DNA of 12,060 nt from assembly GCA_046761065.1 (NCBI GenBank), contig JBHIFL010000105.1, positions 1 through 12,060 on the forward strand. Direction: 5' to 3'. The notes below the pieces were generated by a model that saw only the letters and a list, made by a program, of their open reading frames with translations, was not told the DNA's origin and made no database searches. Shown here piece by piece: positions 1 to 6,046 of this stretch. Source of the DNA: Candidatus Heimdallarchaeota archaeon. Lineage in GTDB: Archaea > Asgardarchaeota > Wukongarchaeia > Wukongarchaeales > JBHIFL01. A program made the translations under genes and the position numbers. Each line of letters opens with the position of its first letter. The stretch's first letter is position 1.

Positions 1-4
1 AGTC

Positions 5-934
5 ATGATAAGGCAGAGTTCCCCACTTCATCAATGGGAACTTATCCCCGAAGAACATCGAGTTGCAGGAAAAGGCTCAGTGGAGTTTGAGGTCGTGGAC
101 GCCTCGCAAGACACCTCAGAAGTGTCCCTCACATGGTGGATCGCACAATTAAGGAGCAAAGCGAGAACGGAACGCCTTCGCGCAAGAGCTCTTATTCTAA
201 GACAGGGAAAGGCTGCAGTCCTCCCATTAATCGCAACGTATGCGAGAACAGAGGATGAACAGGTACGAATCAGGATTATCAATATTTTAGCCTTACTAGG
301 CGAGGAGGCCATCGATATACTGATCCAACAGTTGGTTGAGGGAGACCTGAGGCGACAGGAGTGTGCAAGACGAACTCTCCCTCGCATTACTTCAAGTCTC
401 CTCAAATTAATGCAGCTCACTCACAAGAACACGGACCTAACAAATGAGATTCAAGCTATTCTTCACAAATTAGCTATGAATCTTGGATATCCATCGGTTG
501 GTCAATTAATGGCAAATTGCCAAAAGTCAATCCAACGAGAACCCTTGCAAGTAAATGAAATCCCTTCTCACGACCTCCAAATCCAACGGATCATTACTTC
601 ACTTGATGATGCCCAAAAATGTTTGGCTGCCGATCTCTACTCGCAAGCCTTCGTTACATGCGACCAAGTGGTCCAACAACTCCTTATGACTCTGTTAGAA
701 TTCTTCAGGATCGATCTAGGAAAAGATACTAATAAATTGCGAACTGTGCTAACTGCACTCCGTAAACAGGGAGTCCTTATAAAATCTGAACAAAAACTTA
801 GATGGCTTAGATCCACTAGAAATCTCATCCGCTACAAACAAAAACGCGCTACCAGGCGAGAAGCGAACCACGCACTCCGTATAGCACAGTTTTTTGCTCA
901 AGAAGTAAAATGGTTACTCAAACTCCAATCATAA
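5..934 (+). CDS. HEAT-repeat protein with C-terminal HEPN/DUF4145-like helical domain (probably catalytically degenerate); may start upstream of the window
   Basis: 309-aa ORF. HEAT_2-like helical pairs (RLRARALILRQGKAAVLPLI, DEQVRIRIINILALLGEEAIDILIQQL, RRQECARRTL) at about nt 161-388. The C-terminal part from about nt 599 has HEPN-like spacing: LDDAQKCLAADLYSQAFVTC..VVQQLL / LRTVLTALRKQGVL / LRWLRSTRNLIRY / ATRREANHALRIAQFF. No in-frame stop between the window edge and the ATG at 5. Confidence 0.7.
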   Translation: MIRQSSPLHQWELIPEEHRVAGKGSVEFEVVDASQDTSEVSLTWWIAQLRSKARTERLRARALILRQGKAAVLPLIATYARTEDEQVRIRIINILALLGEEAIDILIQQLVEGDLRRQECARRTLPRITSSLLKLMQLTHKNTDLTNEIQAILHKLAMNLGYPSVGQLMANCQKSIQREPLQVNEIPSHDLQIQRIITSLDDAQKCLAADLYSQAFVTCDQVVQQLLMTLLEFFRIDLGKDTNKLRTVLTALRKQGVLIKSEQKLRWLRSTRNLIRYKQKRATRREANHALRIAQFFAQEVKWLLKLQS

Positions 935-1015
935 AACCTTCAGGACCAATGGATCCTTGCAACAAGGGTGTCATCTCTTGAAAATCACTATTAATATGGA
1001 ATCAGTTCTGTAACC

Positions 1016-1070
1016 TTTATAATTAAGCGCTGCAGTAGATTCTACTGAATATTAATTGCTCTTTTAGGAG
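1016..1070 (+). promoter_or_regulatory. Putative TATA box (TTTATAA, 1016-1022) and Shine-Dalgarno site (AGGAG, 1066-1070) for the zinc-ribbon gene
   Basis: TTTATAA matches the archaeal TATA consensus; AGGAG ends 9 nt before the ATG at 1080. Confidence 0.45.
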
Positions 1071-1079
1071 AGTTATTAC

Positions 1080-1586
1080 ATGGCAATGCATATTGATACG
1101 CTTATCTACAAACTTGACGCAGAAATATCTGGAAGAAAAATAGCGGAAATCGCCAGAGAATTGATGTCCATGGGTCCCGCTGCAAGCAAAGCGCTCCCGG
1201 CACTTCAACGAGCCAGAAAGAAAGTGATGCGAGAAGAAAGATACAAATTTACCCGGAAGATGGTCATAGCAGAATTACAGAAAGCAATAGAGACCATCTC
1301 AGCAGCGAGTGGGGCGGGGTGGGGTACGCCAAGCCAACCAGAAATTCCGTCAAGAGCACCAGCATACCAACCTGGTATGCCCGCGGAAGCCGGAGTTCGA
1401 ACGTGCCCCCAATGTGGTGCGAGCCTAATAGAACCTGTTCCCGGGACGTTAAAGTTCTGCACACATTGTGGCGCGGCTCTAACTCCTAGTCCAGCTCCAG
1501 CAATACAAGCAGCATTCTGTCCGGCGTGTGGAGCGCAGCTCTCAGAAGGTGCCAAGTTTTGCACAGAATGTGGTGTGGCGGTCTAA
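1080..1586 (+). CDS. Double zinc ribbon (DZR) protein with N-terminal HEAT-like helical domain
   Basis: Four CxxC knuckles (CPQC, CTHC, CPAC, CTEC) in DZR context (CPxCGA.L...AKFCxxCG). Pro/Ala/Gly-rich linkers. N-terminal HEAT-like segment ARELMSMGPAASKALPALQRA. Start could be 1080 or 1086. Confidence 0.85.
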   Translation: MAMHIDTLIYKLDAEISGRKIAEIARELMSMGPAASKALPALQRARKKVMREERYKFTRKMVIAELQKAIETISAASGAGWGTPSQPEIPSRAPAYQPGMPAEAGVRTCPQCGASLIEPVPGTLKFCTHCGAALTPSPAPAIQAAFCPACGAQLSEGAKFCTECGVAV

Positions 1587-1805
1587 AATAACCAATTGTA
1601 AAAACCCATTAAAGAAAAGCCATTTTATCTGAGAATAAAGACGAAGGGAAATTAAGAATTATAAGAAAACAAACAGGACCATCCAATCTTAGTCACCAAA
1701 ACTCGTGGTTTCCCGCGGTTTACACGGATAAAAAACGAAAAATTCGTTCCATTCATTTTTTATGTCAGAAGAATTTACTGTGGATGCTTCTGTCTGAATT
1801 TTTCC

Positions 1806-1856
1806 TGTTACTTGTTTCCTCGGAAAAGTTCTTTCCAGGAAGAAGTAATATTTAAA
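1806..1856 (+). promoter_or_regulatory. Long imperfect inverted repeat next to a putative TATA box (TTTAAA, 1851-1856) upstream of the flavoprotein gene
   Basis: TTACTT-GT-TTCCT-C-GGAAA-AGTTC-TTTCC-AGGAA-G-AAGTAA (1808-1848) pairs as a bulged stem; TTTAAA follows at 1851; SD-like AAGGAG at about 1891-1896. Confidence 0.45.
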
Positions 1857-1900
1857 GGGCTACCTAAGCATGACTCACACTACTCACCTAAAGGAGTTAA

Positions 1901-3535
1901 ATGGGAATGCCAGAGCTAAGTGTGATCGATACCGATGTTCTGATCATCGGAAGTGGAGCTGCTGGTCTCCGAGCAGCGATTGCGGCCCATGAAGTCGGGG
2001 TAAATGTCCTGCTCGTCTCGAAAATGCCGCTTGGTCGGAATAACTGCACGGAATTTTCAGCAGGGGAATTCTTTTTTGCGAATAGCGGGATCTCGAAGGA
2101 GGAGCACTTTGAACGGACCATCGAAGCTGGGAGACACTTGAATGACCCCAATCTTGCACGGATTCTTTGTGACGAAGCGCCTCATGAGGTTCGCCGCTTA
2201 ACTGATTTCGGTGTCAGGGCAGATTTTCATCCCCATGGCGCCTCCACCGCGTCATACAGCCCTCCTCTTCGGAGGGGGTTTGGACTGACTCATTCCTTAG
2301 TGCAACATGTCGGGAAACTAGGAATTAAGACTCAAGCGTGGGTTATGATTGTAGAGTTGGTGAAAAACCAAGTCAATCAGTTCTGTGGAGCCCTCGGGCT
2401 TCAGGTAAAAAGTGGGAAGTTAATCTATTACCGGGCCAAGTCAGCTGTTTTAGCAACAGGTGGGGTCGGGGAACTTTTTACCTTCAACGATAATCCGGTT
2501 GGTATGACAGGGGATGGCTATGCGCTTGCCTATCAAGCTGGGGCAAAGTTAATTGATATGGAATTTATTCAATTTTTTCCCATTGGAACCGCCGCGTCCG
2601 GATTTCCTCACCGGCATTTAAGTCTACAAATTCTTGATAAATGCCCAGTCATAAATCGTAATGGTAAAGAATTTCTAAAAGAGAAAATGCAAGAATTTGG
2701 TATCCAAGATGGAATGGAAGCTAGCCGAGTCTTTCGGGATCAAGCCGCTAGAGTAGTTGCTCTCGAAATCTATGAAGGGCGTGGGGAAGATAACACGGTT
2801 CTTTTGGATTTATCGCGTGTTCCTGATAGCGAATGGGAACAGGGATATTTACATTTTCTCAAAACAAAACTCTTACGTCGGTTTGACTATCAACAGGGAG
2901 TGCTTCATGTAGCACCGATATACCATTATATGATGGGAGGAGTGCAGATAAATGAATACGGCATGACCACACTCCCGGGCCTTTATGCAGCCGGTGAAGT
3001 TGCTGGAGGCGTGCATGGAGCTAACCGGCATGGTGGAAATGCGCTTTCAGAAACTATCGTTTTCGGGAAACGCGCCGGTGAAGCTGCTGCGTTATATGCA
3101 AAAGGCCTGCCGTCCGTGGAAAAGACAAAAGATATCACATTGCCGAAGAAAACTCAAGCAATCCTGCAACGCCTGATGGCGGAGAAAAAGCCAAAGATTT
3201 CCCCAAAGGTGCTGAAACAACAAATTCGCAAGTTAAATGATGAGCATTTACATATAGTGCGAACCAAAACGGGCCTTATAAATTTGATCGCCCAGTTGGA
3301 GCTGCTTAACACACGTAGCCTACATGCTCAAACTCCTAAAGAGCTAATGCAAGCTTTTGAGATATTAAATCTCATTCTGGTGAGTAAATTGGTTGCTATA
3401 TCAGCCCTAACTCGTCAAGAGTCCCGTGGTGCCCATTATCGGCATGATTGTCCAGAAGCTGACCCATCTTGGCTAAAACACACAGTCATAACAAAACGGG
3501 GCCAGAAACCTGAAGTAACATATCAGGCTGTGTAA
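1901..3535 (+). CDS. FAD-dependent oxidoreductase, succinate dehydrogenase/fumarate reductase flavoprotein (SdhA/FrdA/TfrA/NadB) family
   Basis: 544 aa. Rossmann motif DVLIIGSGAAGLRAA; AKSAVLATGG; TGDGYALAYQAGAKLIDMEFIQF; HYMMGGV; TTLPGLYAAGEVAGGVHGANRHGGNAL; C-terminal RQESRGAHYR. SD-like AAGGAG upstream. Confidence 0.93.
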   Translation: MGMPELSVIDTDVLIIGSGAAGLRAAIAAHEVGVNVLLVSKMPLGRNNCTEFSAGEFFFANSGISKEEHFERTIEAGRHLNDPNLARILCDEAPHEVRRLTDFGVRADFHPHGASTASYSPPLRRGFGLTHSLVQHVGKLGIKTQAWVMIVELVKNQVNQFCGALGLQVKSGKLIYYRAKSAVLATGGVGELFTFNDNPVGMTGDGYALAYQAGAKLIDMEFIQFFPIGTAASGFPHRHLSLQILDKCPVINRNGKEFLKEKMQEFGIQDGMEASRVFRDQAARVVALEIYEGRGEDNTVLLDLSRVPDSEWEQGYLHFLKTKLLRRFDYQQGVLHVAPIYHYMMGGVQINEYGMTTLPGLYAAGEVAGGVHGANRHGGNALSETIVFGKRAGEAAALYAKGLPSVEKTKDITLPKKTQAILQRLMAEKKPKISPKVLKQQIRKLNDEHLHIVRTKTGLINLIAQLELLNTRSLHAQTPKELMQAFEILNLILVSKLVAISALTRQESRGAHYRHDCPEADPSWLKHTVITKRGQKPEVTYQAV

Positions 3536-3628
3536 ACCCATATCGTCAATCCGAGCATATACTACGATGTGATTAAAACATCCCTAAAACCAACGAGCAT
3601 TTAAAACATGAGTCATATTCTGGGGGAT

Positions 3629-3937
3629 TTACTTTTTCCGCCTTTTCTTTTTCTTTAGTTTGCCAGTGTCATTAGTTCTTAGGATTATATGATATCCGAA
3701 TTGTGTATGCACAATATCTGAGATTTGTCCTTTTTTCAAAGCAAATGCAGCTCGCTCAAATGTCTTGACCATCTGTCCTCGATTAAATTTCCCGAGATCC
3801 CCTCCACGCTTCTTTGAAGGGCATTCTGAATGTTCTCGTGCAAGTTTGGCGAAATCAGCTCCCATTTTTAATTGTTCCAGAATCTCTTCAGCTTTGTCTC
3901 GTGTTTTTACCAGAATATGACTAGCTCGAATACTCAT
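3629..3937 (-). CDS. ppiC: Parvulin-type peptidyl-prolyl cis-trans isomerase (PpiC/Par10-like) with Lys/Arg-rich C-terminal tail
   Basis: Rotamase motifs [59 protein letters not shown] on the minus strand at 3945-3948, just upstream of the ATG. Confidence 0.93.
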   Translation of the reverse strand: MSIRASHILVKTRDKAEEILEQLKMGADFAKLAREHSECPSKKRGGDLGKFNRGQMVKTFERAAFALKKGQISDIVHTQFGYHIILRTNDTGKLKKKKRRKK

Positions 3938-4471
3938 TATTGGTCCTCAAGGCGGTGGAAGTCTCGCTATTAGTACAAAATTCTTAAGCTAGTGACAATA
4001 TTTACACAAGATACAAATCCCAAAAGAAGTCTAAGGTTGGTTGTTAATAGGATTTTATCACTTGAACGTTTCACTTTTATTTGGAGGTCTTGTTTCAATA
4101 ATGTTTTTGCCAAATAGAGCTAGAAAATTGGTACGAAGATTTCTTATTTTAATGCTAGGAGTTCGCCCAATAATTCATGAATTACTCGGATTCTTATTTT
4201 TCTCCACATCTAATGCAATTCCTTATCAAACTCCCAGTTAAATAACAATTTCAGCTATTTATTTGTTCACTCAACAACAGTTCATGATTTTATTTCGATT
4301 CAGGTGTCTATTTTCAAACAGAATGTGATATTGAGTAAAGATACGATTAGCTTTCTTAACATTCTATGAAGAACAAAATAGGGTGAGGGGGTCTTTTTAT
4401 CAGAAAGTCAAGTGTGGAACCTCCCCAAGATTCTTCCCAAACTATTCTTACAGTGTTCAGTTCCAACGTAA

Positions 4472-4789
4472 CTAAATAATGCGAAAGATAGTTTTTGGGC
4501 GCCCACGGGTCTTCCGCTCTTCAAAATCTTGATCCACCACTCCTATTCGTTGAAGTCGAATCAAAGAATCGTAGATAGTACTCCGTGGGAGGCCACACAT
4601 CCGTACGAGTTGACTTCGGGTTGCATAGGCGACACGTATTAACGCTTCGAGTACAATGCGATCATTTTTTCGTAGCTGGGGTAAAACCTGCTGAGCTTTG
4701 GCTTCTCGCAACACATATGGGACAATCTGAGGACGTTCCATTTCTTTTTTCTCACGAAGTGTATGAAGTTCTTTTTGGGATTTTTCCAT
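4472..4789 (-). CDS. TrmB-family winged helix-turn-helix transcriptional regulator (no effector domain)
   Basis: 105 aa with VLEALIR..ATRSQLVRMCGLPRSTIYDSLIRLQRIGVV..RGRPKTIF, a TrmB-like HTH plus the GRP wing. GGAGG on the minus strand at 4799-4803. Confidence 0.85.
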   Translation of the reverse strand: MEKSQKELHTLREKKEMERPQIVPYVLREAKAQQVLPQLRKNDRIVLEALIRVAYATRSQLVRMCGLPRSTIYDSLIRLQRIGVVDQDFEERKTRGRPKTIFRII

Positions 4790-4958
4790 TCTACGAGTCC
4801 TCCATTCTCAACTTTCTTTTTTAAGGTTGTTTTTAATTTTATTCTGACTTATCTCTAGCGACAACACAAATTACCAAGTTCACCGGGAGGTAAATTGGCT
4901 ATTGTAGTGGTGTAGGTTCGCTGCACTTGTTCTTCGCTATTTGTGATCTTTGTCGGGA

Positions 4959-4982
4959 TGACATAAAAACATTTTTTTGTCA
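4959..4982. promoter_or_regulatory. Candidate operator (imperfect inverted repeat) between two divergent regulator genes
   Basis: TGACATAAAAA-CA-TTTTTTTGTCA: 11-bp arms with 10 of 11 positions complementary. Confidence 0.45.
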
Positions 4983-5042
4983 CAGAATATATCTAATAGT
5001 AATAGTTCTGCAAATTTGTTATTATTATTAGATGTGTTTTAT

Positions 5043-5849
5043 ATGCTTGAGAAGGATCATGTGTTGATTGTGGCGCAAGGACTCGAATATGAACGCATAT
5101 TAGCTGCTATCAGCATCCATCACCCCACTAAACTCATTATCCTCCGTTCTGAGCAGGATGCCTCTGAAGAATTAAGAAATCGGGTAAATAAAATTGTAGA
5201 TGGGATTGTAACACATATTCGATCTCCTCAAGGGCAACTGACCTACCCTTTCATAGCTCAGATTCACCATAACAAGTATCACATCGATTTCTTTAACTTG
5301 ACAAAAGCGATCTCACAAATCGATGGGATCATTGAAACTGAAAAGCAAGCTGGTAATACAATAACTGCCGATCTCTCAAGTGGGAACAAAATCGTCGCAT
5401 TAGCACTTTACATCTGTTGTACCCTTCATGGGGTCCAAACGACCTATTGTGTGGCGGGGAAGTATGCTCCCGGTATCCAAGAACCCGAACCAGGAGAAAT
5501 AAGGGATTTACGTGCGGAATCGATTTCATTTAGTGTTACAAAGCACAAGGAACTTCCTGAGTTACCGCTTGCGGTTTCCAATGTGCCGTTTCCGATCTTA
5601 AAGAAGGTTATCACCCAAAACGGAGAAATTGGTTCTATTAAAACCCTTGCAGAGCTTCTAAAAGGGGGATCCGTATCCCAATCGGACATTGTGAAGGTTT
5701 CGCGCCATGTCGAAACGCTGGAAGGGCTCGGGTATGCCAAGCGTCAACGCAAAGGCCGAAAAGTCGCGATTAAAGTCACAAAAAAAGGGAAATCCATTAT
5801 AGACCTAGCCAATGCCCCTTCTTTCACCCGCAGGAAGGCTTTTCCGTAA
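5043..5849 (+). CDS. CARF-like domain plus winged HTH transcriptional regulator (Csa3 / DUF6293 / HFX_2341-like)
   Basis: N-terminal HVLIVAQGLEYERI..HPTKLIIL; IDFFNLTKAISQI; CARF-type motif ADLSSGNK (D-x-S-x3-K); linker ELPELP; C-terminal wHTH SIKTLAELL..VSRHVETLEGLGYAKRQRKGRKVAIKVTKKG. The ATG at 5043 is preferred over the track's TTG at 4977, whose extension is low-complexity. Confidence 0.82.
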   Translation: MLEKDHVLIVAQGLEYERILAAISIHHPTKLIILRSEQDASEELRNRVNKIVDGIVTHIRSPQGQLTYPFIAQIHHNKYHIDFFNLTKAISQIDGIIETEKQAGNTITADLSSGNKIVALALYICCTLHGVQTTYCVAGKYAPGIQEPEPGEIRDLRAESISFSVTKHKELPELPLAVSNVPFPILKKVITQNGEIGSIKTLAELLKGGSVSQSDIVKVSRHVETLEGLGYAKRQRKGRKVAIKVTKKGKSIIDLANAPSFTRRKAFP

Positions 5850-6046
5850 ATATGGGTTATTGCCTTAATTGTGACTTAAGCAGCTTTTATCCAATAATTC
5901 TGCAAAGAAGGACAAGAACATTCAAACTAAGCATGCTTAGAGAATCAGAGGAAATGCTATGATGAGTAACGCAACAATCCGTGAAGATAGCAGGTTAATT
6001 CAAAAATGTATAAGAATTGGGATTATCTTAAACACCTAGGTTACTG

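Noticed and set aside
31-1564. Minus-strand ORFs 31-420, 637-828, 1023-1208, 1205-1564, 1264-1464
   Set aside because: Antisense shadows of better-supported + strand genes, with no recognisable motifs.
1897-3176. ORFs 1897-2151, 1944-2159, 2985-3176
   Set aside because: Overlap the well-supported flavoprotein gene and show no protein-like features.
1870-3616. 8-bp inverted repeat ATGACTCA / TGAGTCAT flanking the flavoprotein gene
   Set aside because: Too short; no transposase, recombinase or target-site duplication seen.
4058-4207. Minus-strand frame with an in-frame TGA (possible selenocysteine readthrough)
   Set aside because: No redox motif or selenoprotein similarity and no convincing SECIS; the TGA is part of the 4171-4184 palindrome.
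4041-4241. 66-aa hydrophobic + strand ORF in the long intergenic gap
   Set aside because: TTG start, composition explained by T-rich DNA, no motif. A small membrane protein cannot be fully excluded.
4977-5042. TTG-started N-terminal extension of the CARF-wHTH ORF
   Set aside because: Low-complexity AT-rich translation that overlaps the candidate operator; the domain begins right after the ATG at 5043.
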